DNA from: Octopus sinensis
Lineage: Eukaryota
Assembly: GCF_006345805.1 (NCBI RefSeq)
Contig: NC_043006.1
Coordinates: 8,308,001-8,372,000, forward strand
Length of the DNA stretch: 64,000 nucleotides
Reading direction: 5' to 3'
Part shown: positions 24,984 through 37,456 of the stretch, in pieces
How positions within the stretch are numbered: the stretch's first letter is position 1
Layout of the letters: each line of letters begins with the position of its first letter
Notes under the pieces: model-generated
What the model saw: only the letters and a program-made list of their open reading frames with translations
What the model was told of the DNA's origin: nothing
Databases searched by the model: none
Position numbers and translations under genes: made by a program

Positions 24984-24985
<2 letters not shown>
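24765..24985 (-). mobile_element. Family D repeat with degenerate HHR
   Basis: Reverse complement reads GTTT-CCAACGA-A-GAGCTCCGCTC-GAAA-CGTC; flanked by (TA)n. Confidence 0.7.
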
Positions 24986-25029
<44 letters not shown>

Positions 25030-25030
<1 letters not shown>

Positions 25031-25445
25031 CGCAGGAGTGGCTGTGTGGTAAGTAGCTTTTTTACCAACCGCATGGTTCCGGGTTCAGTCCCACTGCGTG
25101 GCACCTTGGGCAAGTGTCTTCTACTATAGCCTCGGGCCGACCAAAGCCTTGTGAGTGGATTTGGTAGACGGAAACTGAAAGAAGCCTGTCGTATATATGT
25201 ATATATATATGTATATGTATGTGTGTGTCTGTGTGTCTGTGTTTGTCTCCCTAGCATTGCTTGACAACCGATGCTGGTGTGTTTACGTCCCCGTTACTTA
25301 GCGGTTCGGCAAAAGAGACCGATAGAATAAGTACTGGGCTTACAAAGAATAAGTCCCGGGGTCGATTTGCTCGACTAAAGGCGGTGCTCCAGCATGGCCG
25401 CAGTCAAATGGCTGAAACAAGTAAAAGAGTAAAAGAGTAAAAGAC
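25030..25445 (+). mobile_element. SINE family A, full length
   Basis: Head, internal TA/TG tract and (TAAAAGAG)n tail. Confidence 0.92.
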
Positions 25446-25456
25446 AATATATATAT

Positions 25457-25645
25457 AGGGAGAGTTTACGAAAAAAAACAGAAGACGAAGACAGGTGGTG
25501 TACAAAACAAACAGATGTATTAGTATAACGCTCAGGAATAGAAAAAGTCTTTTTCGTTTCGAGCCTACGCTCTTCTACAGAAAGGGACACAGAAAAAACA
25601 AGGAGAGAAAAAAATGTGTGCAGTGACTAACGTTCTATCATGGCG
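25457..25645 (-). mobile_element. Family-D-related repeat (GAAGAGCGTAGGCTCGAAAC subfamily)
   Basis: Similar to 37188-37405; degenerate HHR core; (TA)n-flanked. Confidence 0.7.
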
Positions 25646-25709
25646 ACATATATATATATATATATGTGTGTTTGTGTGTGTGTGCGCGTGCGTGTATGTG
25701 TGCGTATTT

Positions 25710-25920
25710 TTTCTTTAACTTCTTTCAATCATTCTAATGTGGCTATCCTGGAGCACCGCCTTTAGTCGAATGAATAGACCCCCCAAGACTTATTCTTTGT
25801 AAGCCTAGTACTTATTCTATCGGTCTCTTTGGCTGAATTGCTAAGTTACAGGGACGTAAACAGAACAAAATATGTTGTGAAGCGATGGTAGGGGGGACAA
25901 ACAATGATACACAAATACAT
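25710..25920 (-). mobile_element. SINE family A 3' half
   Basis: CTGGAGCACCGCCTTTAGTCGA...TTATTCTTTGTAAGCCTAGTACTTATTCTATCGGTCTC. Confidence 0.8.
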
Positions 25921-25964
25921 ACATATGTATATGTTTATATATATATATAAGATAGAGAGAGTGA

Positions 25965-26008
<44 letters not shown>

Positions 26009-26013
<5 letters not shown>

Positions 26014-26680
26014 GGCAACTAAGTTCTCGCCGTGTTTTTAAATTAAATAGTTTTATAAGCTTTAATACAAAATAACAACTAATTAATCAATAATGTATTC
26101 ACCGTTGTTGTTTACAACTTCTTCCGAACCTTTAACAAGATTTTCAATACCTCGTGGTAGAAATCACGCGATTTCGACTCGAAAAATTGATCCAACCAAG
26201 CTCTCAATTCTGCATCAGTGTTGAACGAAACTCTGCGCATAGCATTTGAAAGAGATCGAAAGCGGTGGAAATCCGTTGGTGTCAAATCAGAAGAGTACGG
26301 CGGGTGTGGCAGCACTTCCAAGTCATCCGTTTGAATGGCTTCCTTGGTCATATTGATGATATGAAGGCAGGCGTTATCGTGCAGCAGAAGAACTCCATGC
26401 TGCCGATTAGGTCTTTTCTCTTGAATAGCCGTGTTGAGTAGTTCCATCTGTTGAACATAGGCTTTCACGTTGACCGTTTGGTTCCGTTCAAGCAATTCGT
26501 AAAAGATAATCCCTTCTCAGTACCACCATACGAACAACATAGTTTTACGCGGATGAAGATCTTGTTACACATGTGGTGTCGCTTGTTTACTGAGGCTAAG
26601 CCATTCCTTACGCTGCTTCATATTGATGTACAGGCACCATTCTTCGTCGCCAGTAACGATTCTAAATTTTCAAAAATTTT
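26009..26680 (-). pseudogene. mariner (DD34D-type) transposase remnant, catalytic domain
   Basis: IVTGDEEWCLYIN, LLLHDNA, LPHPPYSSDLTPTDFH.FRSL (YSPDLAP motif). Confidence 0.9.
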
Positions 26681-27284
26681 CAAATTTTAACTTCATTTTA
26701 ATAGGGGGCTGATTTTGAGACTGAAAGTACAGTGAATACCGTCCTCCGCAATTTGCTACTCATCTGAAGTACATACGTATTTCAGCAATTTCTATCTAAT
26801 ACATTCTCTGTCTTGAGCATAAAAATCCTCTTCCCGGGTGCTAATAACTTTTATGTCAGATTGTTGCACAAGTTCTAAGAGAAATCGGAAAGCTTTGAAA
26901 TGATTTTATCGGCATTTACTCGTACGAAAGAGCAATCTTTCAATAGAAAACACGTTGATCTCATAACTGTCGCGTGGTGGAAATAAACGTAATTACCAAA
27001 CTGTGATTCATAAGACCACTTATTATTATGTTTTTATTTATTTTTTATTATTTTTTGCATTTCAGTTTCCACATTTGCACTCCCGATTGCGTACAAGCGC
27101 ATATATAAAACAAAGTCCTTTATCTTTTTATAATTATCTTCTGATATCAAAATACGCAGTATATTGAAAAATAAATTTATTTTGCATGGGATCCATTTGT
27201 GACCCCGAGTGTCAAAATGGAACGTTTGTCCAAAATGCGTTGAGAAACTTTAAGTTATAGGAATACTAATGTGTATGCAAATTG

Positions 27285-27363
<79 letters not shown>

Positions 27364-27367
<4 letters not shown>

Positions 27368-27500
27368 GCAGCGTGGAAGGTGTTTGTAAGCCATTTAAGA
27401 AACACACAAAAGGCGTTCGATTCACTTCAACATTTAAGTTTAAGTTGTCAAAATATTTTCGTCGCTAAAATCCGCGACCTCTTCACTGACAAAAATCCGT
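27364..27500 (-). mobile_element. Short repeat with hammerhead-like motif (27447-27490); inverted partner at 28484-28578
   Basis: GUCA-GUGAAGA-G-GUCGC ggauuuua GCGAC-GAAA-AUAU-UU-UGAC (C3 replaced by G); about 95 bp inverted homology. Confidence 0.65.
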
Positions 27501-27635
27501 GATGCATCTGAGAAAGTAACAGTTAGTTCGTCATATGTATGTACGTATGTATGTGTGTATGTATGTATACACGCATGTATGCATGTATGTATGTATTTAT
27601 GTATGTACGTACATACGCCTGTGTATGTATGTATG

Positions 27636-27669
<34 letters not shown>

Positions 27670-27974
27670 TGTGTGTGTATATGTACGCACATACACACTA
27701 TAAACTTAGAGCTATAAACCTGTAGTGATGGATAGATGTAGACTGACCACTCATCACAATAATATCAAATTTCAACCTCCTCCGCCGAAACTAGGAAGTG
27801 ATTTACGACCCCCACCCCCGAAACAAAACCCTAGAACCTATTATCAGACATTTATCTCTATATCACAGAACTTTTGTTTTACTATTACTTGTTTTTTTGT
27901 TTTACTATTACTTGTTTTTTTGTTTTTTTTTCTTCCTCTCCCTACATCTAGTTAGTTCAGGTCAAATATATATA

Positions 27975-28340
27975 CGTATGTATGTGTCTATGTATGTATG
28001 AATGTTTGTATGTATGTATGTATGTATGTATGTATGTATGTATGTATGTATGTATGTATGCATGCATGTATGTACGTATGATGTATGTATGTATGTATGT
28101 ATGTATGTATGTGTGTATGCACATACGTACGCATGTGCGTATGTATGTATACGCGCACGTATGCATGTGCCCATGTATGTGTGTGCGTACATGTACGTGC
28201 GAATGTACGTGTGTATGCCCATACGTAGGTATGTATGTTTGTACTCATGTACTACGTTTGTATGTGAGTGTCTCGGAGAATGGGCAGACGTGTCTGTGAG
28301 AGTGTGTACATGTGTATGTGTATGTGAACGTATGTCCGTG
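27975..28340. repeat. Degenerate (TATG)n microsatellite
   Basis: Directly visible. Confidence 0.9.
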
Positions 28341-28666
28341 TACTGGTATGTGTCCGTCCAAGTTGTGTACATGACTGTTACTTTGTTGAAGTAACACATA
28401 TATGTTTGTATAGACGCACAGACATATATATTATGTGTGGGTGAGTGTTTGTTCCTCTAATCACCGTCTAACTGTGAATGGATAAAATATTTGACAAATT
28501 AAACTTAAATGTTGAAATGAATCGAACGGCTTTTGTGTGTTTCTTAAATGGCTTACAAACACCTCCCACGCTGCAATTGTTTTCGTTCCAGCACACGATC
28601 TCAGATCAAATCAATGCTATGCGAGTACATCTCCGTAAATCTCTCTCTCTCTCACTCCTCTCTCTC

Positions 28667-28725
<59 letters not shown>

Positions 28726-28880
28726 ATATAATTAATAAATGAGGGCAAAGGAAAAAATTCTAATGCCAAATATGCCGAAAAATTGGACATATTGTCCATT
28801 AACCATAAAATTTTTTTTCACATACGCACGCTACTCGAAAAAAGGTCGACAGAAATTTCTAAAAAATTCCATTATTACCA

Positions 28881-28933
28881 TATCGGACCGATTTCAGAGT
28901 TAGCTACTAAGAGCCCTCTCTTCGTCAGTGATA
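28881..28933 (-). ncRNA. Type-I hammerhead motif with intact core
   Basis: UAUCA-CUGACGA-AG-AGAG ggcucuuaguagcuaa CUCU-GAAA-UCGG-UC-CGAUA; one stem I mismatch. Confidence 0.65.
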
Positions 28934-30619
28934 CAGTGGCAAAAGAAATAATGAGGTACTTACTCATATCCATGGAAGAAGCAAATACTAAGTCATGGGC
29001 ACAACTAAGTACCCCAAATACATCCAAAATAGAAAAACTCCAGCCCATTCTCTATGACACCAAGACCCTATATATATATCAAGAGAGGGAGAAAGAAAGA
29101 GAGATAAAACTGAGATCAAATGAACTCATACTCCGAAGTCCTTAGGAGGATTGAGTCGGCAGAGTAAAGTATGGCTATAAGAGAGATTCAGGTGAGGTGA
29201 TATAGAGATAGTGAGGTAGATAAACAAGCCTGGGCTTGACATATATTATGTACATACATATACACATGTAAATACATCAGGAATATTGGAAGTACGCAAT
29301 GTTCTAATGTTCATAATGTTCATAATAGGCAGATGGTGTCTCGGTGTCTGCACAAACATAGAGATGTGCAACCATTACTTGATGCATATAAGCATTTATC
29401 GTAAAATAAACATTACCGTTATCAGGGTTCAAAGATCGGCAACAGAAACAGTCTCCACTTAGTTTTCTTTTGTTTTCTAAGTTTTCTTTACATACACTAT
29501 ATGTGTACACCCCCACACACATATGTACTTATATATATATATCTCTTATTATAAAAGGCATATTTTCTCTGCCTCCCTTTGTCAGTTATAGAAATCTACA
29601 ATATAGGATTTCTTCAATTACAATTTACCTAGCATTTTTAAGAGTAGAATGCATCGGGTCGTGCCAGGTCCACTTTTTAAAATTTCAACCCCAATTAAGC
29701 AAAATTTGAGAAAAACTCCACATTCTGGTGTATATGTCAATGTTTTTCTTAGTGTGGCTTACACCACACGCAAACGCACACACACACAACGGAGCGAACT
29801 GTTTCACTGACGCTATCACCCTTCTCCTCCTTTGTCTTTGCAAGTTGGCAGCTATTAAAGTGAAAACAGTGAATCCGACAGCGATTAAGAAAATGAATTG
29901 GTACCTGAATGGAGTGAACATTTAAAAACTGTTTCTTTCGGTGATTTTTCTGAAGAAACTGCACCAACCACAGACTTTCCCAGAAGAGTAAAGCCTTAAA
30001 CTATTTCTATTTATTTTTCGAATGAGCCCATTTGAAATCATTAGGTGGAAACGAAACGTTACGCTAAACGTAAACAAAACGAAAGAAAGGATAGTTTGTT
30101 ATTTCCCACAACCTTAAATGAAATAAGGCCTATTTTGCCATAAATATTATTATGGGTATCAGAAAGTTACCCAGAATAACAAATTCTATCGTAAAATTTT
30201 GTTGTATACCCAATTGAATATTAGCTAATAACCCATTTTTTATAGCGATGTTTGAACAACATTTTAATAATTTTATATATTGTTGAATTTACCTGTATCT
30301 ACCTGCAATTAGAGTCACTTTGTGACAAACTTATAGTATAGAATGGTTGAGGACATTTCATTAAATTATCTTCCAAAAATCAGATTAATATATGATAAAT
30401 AAAAAGTTATGTTGTTTAATGAAACCAGACTAAATTTATGATTACGTTAGAAATTAATTGAAACACATAAGGGGTGTATTTTGGTCAGAAATATAGTAAC
30501 GAAAGGGTTAAGAAAAGCCAAAAAATATTTTATTCTTTATAAATGTTGTATTCAAAATAACATTTTCTTTTAAGAATGTGTATATAACAAAGTATGTGTA
30601 TATAACTACGTGACTTATA

Positions 30620-31018
30620 TCTTTATATATAAGAGGAAGTGTTGTGTGTGTCTGTCTCCTACGATTTAGATTCGTAACTACTCCACATTTTGCGGGGCAG
30701 TATAACCAAAACCGGGTATCTTATAGTCGTGAGTCATATCGAGCCCTTCTGGGTATTAGCGCGCGTCTACGATGAGTCTACGATTTAAAAAAATTACCAT
30801 CATATTTTTCCCTTTAATGCATTTTTTTCGCTATTATTATAAGGGAAGTAACTCTCTAAAAATATCTACGATGTGTCAACGATTTAAAAAGAAATTTACC
30901 TTAATTTTTTTTCCATTTTTAATGCATTTTTTCCCTATTTTTTTGGCTATAACTCTCTAAAAATGCTTATATAGTTATTTCCCTTACAAACCCGAGCAAC
31001 GCCGGGCGATACTGCTAG
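30620..31018 (+). mobile_element. Non-autonomous Helitron, complete
   Basis: A|TC 5' end, 3' hairpin CCCGAGCAACGCCGGG, CTAG|T end; same family as 40103-40498. Confidence 0.88.
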
Positions 31019-31096
31019 TATACATATATATGCATGTATGCATCTCTCTCTTTCTCTCTCTCTCTCTCTATGTATATATATATATATATATATAGT

Positions 31097-31378
31097 GTAG
31101 TACAATCGTTTCATGCTACTTCATTTTATTAAACACTGTAAGTATTACATCAGTTTTAAAATGTCGAGCAATCTTCAGTCACTTATAGAATTTTTAAAAT
31201 TAAATGGACAATGTACATTTTTATACTTATTTCATTTGCCAACATTACAAAGAGTGTGGATATATAGACAAAGAGGTTTATTTCATCATCAAGAACATGG
31301 TAGTAGAAGGTCCTTCTCCATCTGTAGATTTTTAATCACTCTTTAATAAAATGAAGTAGCATGAAACGATTGTACTAC
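31097..31378. mobile_element. Degenerate HHR-bearing segment (31097-31182, minus) with a perfect 37-bp inverted copy (31342-31378)
   Basis: GTAGTACAATCGTTTCATGCTACTTCATTTTATTAAA and its exact reverse complement; minus strand CUGAAGA-UUGC...GCAU-GAAA-CGAUUG-UA-CUAC. Confidence 0.65.
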
Positions 31379-31490
31379 TCTACCTTGGATATCCTTATTG
31401 CTTATTTTATTATAATCACCTCATTTGATATATATGGATAATACCATACAAAATTATGGTGCCTTTAACTTAAGTACCATATTCATCTGA

Positions 31491-31563
<73 letters not shown>

Positions 31564-31599
31564 GCTAGCTAGCTAGCTAGCTATCTATCTATCTGACTT

Positions 31600-31787
31600 C
31601 ATGAGTACCACTGGCGATTTTTTCCTGTCTTCCCTTCTCGGGATCTTCCTTCTCTTAGTTTCCGACGAAGAGCTCCGCTCGAAACGTAACCCGCTCCTTC
31701 TTGCCTTCTTTCCTGAGCGTCCAATAATACTTTATTTGTTCCACGTCCTTGCGTTGTTTTTTTTTTTGTTTTCGTCTTTGGATTGAC

Positions 31788-31788
<1 letters not shown>
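31600..31788 (+). mobile_element. Family D repeat with HHR (U4 to C)
   Basis: GTTT-CCGACGA-A-GAGCTCCGCTC-GAAA-CGTA at about 31658-31690. Confidence 0.75.
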
Positions 31789-31864
<76 letters not shown>

Positions 31865-32136
31865 CACATACATGCACACATACACACGCTCATGTATATA
31901 TGTTGCATGTCGATGAAGCCTCCTCATTTTCATGGCCAATTAAATTGTAGCGCTTAATCTTAAGTTTCAATCGCTATACGTTTACAGTACACAAACCTTT
32001 TCAAACACAAACCTTTAACACACATTTTAATTAAACTCCTTTCTGCCTCTTTGTCTCTCTCTCTCTTTATCTCATTCTTGATCTCTCCCCTATCCCATTC
32101 CTTCTCTCTTATTCTCTCCCTTTCTCAGACTATATC

Positions 32137-32170
<34 letters not shown>

Positions 32171-32979
32171 TTCTCTCACTCTGTTCATCTCTCCCGACTC
32201 TCTGTTCGTCTGTTTGTCTGTCTGTACGTTCGCCCGTCCGTCTGTGTCTCTCTCTGTCTCCTGAATTTCTATCACTAATTAAACAATCGATCTTTTCATT
32301 TACCCTTTCGAATACAACACATTTTAAACAATTCCCATTCTCCGGCACAGATACACTTATGTATAGAGAGAGTGAAAGCGAGAATGTGAAAGAGAGAGAG
32401 AGAGGGTGAAAGAGAAAGGAAGAAAGAGAAAGATGAAACGAGAGAGAAATTAACAGTCGCTATTGGGAGCCATAAAGTGTATGCTACAAGGGATGTAATT
32501 CAAATTTTATAATTATAGAGTTATGTCCCTTAACTGTTAAATATTTTACATATTTTTAAAGAATTGTGAGGTTACTGAATTGTCGCGCCTAATTCACCAT
32601 TTCTAAAGATGCAGATACGAAATGTGAGATCCTGTGTGTCGTTCTTCAGCCAGTAAGAAAGAGCAGCTAAATCTCCCTGGAACGAAGCTGTTACTGTCTT
32701 GTAGAGTGATTGGCTCATTGTTTCAGTTAGTTAAACATACGGTCCCTGAGATTGAAAATTGCATTTCAACATCGTAGTTAAGGAGAAGAGAACAAAAAAC
32801 AACTGTAGTAGCAGTAGCAGCAGCAGCAACAGAAGCTGCAACAACAACAATAACATCAACAACCACACCTGCCAGATACACTTTACCAATAATTGGGTAG
32901 TAAACATTCACTTATCTCCTGTGCATTTCTTATCTGAAACTCTATCTACACCTGCGCAAAGCATTCTATGAATATGATG

Positions 32980-33025
32980 AATGATGATGATAAAATAATA
33001 TAATAATAATAATATATAATAATAA

Positions 33026-33056
<31 letters not shown>

Positions 33057-33083
33057 TATATAATAATGATAATAATAATAATG

Positions 33084-33116
<33 letters not shown>

Positions 33117-33195
33117 GGAGTCGGGAAGACACTCGGCAAGAAATGGAAGCAAATTTGAAAAAAGAAGAAGAAAAAAAATAATAATGATGATGATG

Positions 33196-33228
<33 letters not shown>

Positions 33229-33351
33229 TAATAATAAGAAGAAGAAGAAGAAGAAGAAGAGAAGAAAAAGAAGAAGAAAAATAATAATAATAATAATAAT
33301 TAATAATAATAATACTAATAATAATAATGATAATAATATAATAATAATATA

Positions 33352-33382
<31 letters not shown>

Positions 33383-33390
33383 TAATAATG

Positions 33391-33466
<76 letters not shown>

Positions 33467-33537
33467 TATAATATAATAATAATAATAATTATAATAATAA
33501 TAATAATAATAATGATAATAATAATGATATAATAATA
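32980..33537. repeat. Degenerate (AAT)n array
   Basis: Directly visible. Confidence 0.95.
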
Positions 33538-35218
33538 AACGGCAAAACGATCAGCCACCTTTTATATATGGATGACCTAAAACTATACGCTGCAAATGAC
33601 AAACAGCTGGAAACACTATTAAAGACAGTTCATGGATTTACCAAGAAATAGATATGAAATTTGGATTAGAAAAATGCGCCAAAGTAACCATGAAAAGAGG
33701 AAACTATTAAGAGTAACAACATCACACACTAGATAAAACCAATGAATAAAAGAATTAGACCAAAGCCAAACTTACAAATACTTAGGAATCCATGAACTAG
33801 ATAAGACACAACACACACAAATGAAAGAGAAAATACAAAAAGAATATTATAGACGAGTTAGATCAATACTAAAAACAGAGCTCAATGCTAAAAACAAGAT
33901 AATAGGTATCAACACTTTAGCTGTCCCAGTTATAAGTTACAGCTACAATATCCTTAACTGGACACGAAATGAATTGTCCAAAATAGATAGGAAAACAAGA
34001 AAAATACTGACAGGATCTAGGATGCATCACCCAAAATCTGACATAGAAAGACTATATATACAACGTATAGAAGGTGGTAGAGGCCTTATATAGCTGGAAA
34101 ACTACTATAAAATAACCACCATAGGACTGCAAAAATACCTACTTCAGAAGGAAGGAAAACTGATCCAGATAGCAGCAAAACACGAGCAAAACAAAAAACT
34201 GTTCTCAGTATTTAAGGAAGCTGACAAATACAAACAAGAAATCATACCACCTAATAACACAAAGAAGAAGAAGAAGATGATGAAGAAACAACAAAAGCTT
34301 AAAACAAATGAAATCCAAACTAAAAATAGAACAGCAACGAGCCATGATAAAACGATGGCAAGAAAAACCCCTTCATGGTAAATACTGCACTAAACTAAAC
34401 GCAAAAGAAATAGACAAAGAAAAATCCCAGCAATGGTTGAGAAGCTCAGGACTCAAAGCAGAGAAACAGAGGGATTTTTAATTGCAGCACAAGACCAAAG
34501 CCTCCCCACCAGAAATTACCAAAAACATGTAATGAAAAGAAATATTACAAGTAACTGCAGAATATGTGGAGATGGACAAGAAACAATAAATCATATTATC
34601 TCTAGCTGCCCAGTCTGGCTAAGAAGGAATTATTCACAGACATGACAGAGTTGGAACCTACATACATGGAAGCTATGTTATCATTATGGAATAACAACAG
34701 AAAAAAGATGGTATAGGCACACACCAGAAAAGGTGACAGAAAACGAGAAAGCAACCATACTCTGGGATATGCCGATACACACAGATAGAGAAATTAAGGC
34801 CAACAGACCAGATATAGTTGTCAGAGATCATGAAGAAAAAATATGCTTTCTAATTGATGTATCAATACCGGCAGATGACAACGTGTCTCTAAAAGAAATG
34901 GAGAAACTCTCAAAATACAAGACCTGGAAATAGAGGTAACTAGAATGGGAACCTGAAAACAGAAACAATTCCTATCATAGTAGGTGCATTAGGCATGATA
35001 AAAAAATATTCAGAAAAATACATAACAAAAACACCAGGACTTACAAACACATATAACATACAGAAAATTGCACTACTAGGCACTGCACACATCCTACGCA
35101 GAACACTTTCCATACAATAACCATCAGAGCATCACAACAAATCACAGCACATACCCAAGGCACACAGAGCTGTGCTCGGTAGTGAAGTGAAAGCACGCTA
35201 TAAAAATAAAAACTACTG
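33538..35218 (+). mobile_element. 5'-truncated Dong/R4-type non-LTR retrotransposon (RT C-terminus, CCHC, RLE endonuclease, 3' UTR) inserted in (TAA)n
   Basis: ISHLLYMDDLKLYA, MKFGLEKCA, HHPKSDIERLY..RIEGGRGL, ETEGFLIAAQDQSLPTRNY, CRICGDGQETINHIISSC, LWDMPIHTD...RPDIV...IDVSIP...EKLSKY; several frameshifts. Confidence 0.95.
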
Positions 35219-35300
35219 AATAATAATAATAATAATAATATAATGATAATAGTAATGATAATAATAATCATAATAATAATAATAATAATAATAAAATATG

Positions 35301-35343
<43 letters not shown>

Positions 35344-35397
35344 TAATAATAATAATAATAATAAAATTATAAAATAATAATAATGATAATAATAATG

Positions 35398-35440
<43 letters not shown>

Positions 35441-35517
35441 TAATTATACTATGATAAATATAAATAATAATAATATATAATAATAAGATAATAATAATGA
35501 TAATAATAATAATAATC

Positions 35518-35566
<49 letters not shown>

Positions 35567-35621
35567 TGATAATAATAATCATAATGATAATAATAATAAT
35601 AATAATATGATAATAGTAATG

Positions 35622-35664
<43 letters not shown>

Positions 35665-35756
35665 TAATAATAAAATAATAATTAAAATAATAATAATAAT
35701 AATGATAATAATAATAATATAATAATTATAATAATATAATAATGATAATAATAATG

Positions 35757-35802
<46 letters not shown>

Positions 35803-35813
35803 TAATAATAATG

Positions 35814-35849
<36 letters not shown>

Positions 35850-35862
35850 GATAATAATAATG

Positions 35863-35901
<39 letters not shown>

Positions 35902-36061
35902 TAATAATAATAATTAATAATAATAATGATGATAATAATAATCATATGATAATAAATAATAATAATAATAATGAAATAATAATGATGATAATAATAATGA
36001 TAATAATAATAATAATAATAATATAATAATAATAATGATGATGATAATAATAATCATAATG

Positions 36062-36113
<52 letters not shown>

Positions 36114-36139
36114 TAATAATAATGATGATAATAATAATG

Positions 36140-36175
<36 letters not shown>

Positions 36176-36180
36176 TTAAT

Positions 36181-36215
<35 letters not shown>

Positions 36216-36235
36216 TAATAAAAGATAATAATAAT
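35219..36235. repeat. About 1 kb degenerate (AAT/GAT)n array
   Basis: Directly visible. Confidence 0.97.
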
Positions 36236-37187
36236 GACGACAACCTTCTCATGTAACTGACTTCAATTGGTACGTACTTATTGATTAAGTTAATTTCAAC
36301 GAGAACAGTAATCATCAGCTAATTATCAATTAGTACTAAAACAATTGCAGTGTGTACGCATATGATACAGCAATTAAGATTTTCTAAGCAAGTTTTTAAA
36401 TGTTGCTTTGCATTTGCTGTAGGTCATCTAAATTAGAAAATGGGGGCGCTGTAGTTGATATTATTCACTTTACTCGCCTTCTTACTGATTGAGCCAGGAT
36501 TAGTGGAGCCCAGAGGTGACTGAGCCGAGATCAAAATCGCTCCTGGAATTTAAACCGAAATGTCGGTTCCATTTCTGAAGTGTGAGCGACGATGATAACA
36601 TGATAAAATATAATTAGAGCGCGTAAAGACGAAAGATCATTAAAGTAGGGCAGCTATTGTAATTAAGGGAAACAGTTCAGGTAATTTATGCTGTTAAATT
36701 AAAGAAAGTCATGTAGAAATTGGTATAAAATTTGTGAAGAAAAATCGATAGTTATTCAATGTACACCTTTACATTGCAAGTACTTGTGTATAGTACTGAA
36801 TGCACCATTCATATATATATATTTATTAACCCCTACCTAGCTAAACGAAATCAAAAACGAATTTGATACAGAATGTGATACAAATGTAGGATAGCTCTCT
36901 TAGACAAATTGCAGAAAATGTCTTGAATTACCTACCGTAATTGATTATATAGAACACGAATTATATCTGCAGGGGATTTTCAGGGCTTAAATTAAAATAT
37001 ACGACGTAAGGCACCTTTGGAGCCTTCATCTGTTCTTGTTTATCTGTCAATCTGTTTGTCTGTCTCTGTCTCTCTGCCCCTCTCACCATCGCCTCCCTCT
37101 TCCCCTCTCTTTCTCTCTCTCTCTTTATTTACACACACATCTATCTATCTATCTATCTATCTATCTATATATATATATATATATATA

Positions 37188-37405
37188 ACGGGAAGGTTTA
37201 CGAAAATAAACAAAAGACGAAGGCAGGTGGAGTACAAACAAACAATTGTATTAGTATGGCGCTCAGGAATATAAATAAAACAAGTCATTTACGTTTCCAG
37301 CCTACGCTCTTCAACAGAAAGATACACAGAAAAGAAACACGGAGAGAAACAAGGAGAGAAAAAAAATACGTGCAGGAGCTAACGAATCAACATGGCGGTC
37401 TGCCA
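37188..37405 (-). mobile_element. Family-D-related repeat, degenerate HHR
   Basis: Reverse complement CTGTTGAAGAGCGTAGGCTGGAAACGTAAATGAC; (TA)n both sides. Confidence 0.7.
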
Positions 37406-37419
37406 TATATATATATATT

Positions 37420-37455
<36 letters not shown>

Positions 37456-37456
37456 T

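Noticed and set aside
29542-30511. Helitron-like 5' start at 29542 and piggyBac-like end GTAACGAAAGGGTTAA near 30500
   Set aside because: Matching opposite termini not found, so elements cannot be delimited
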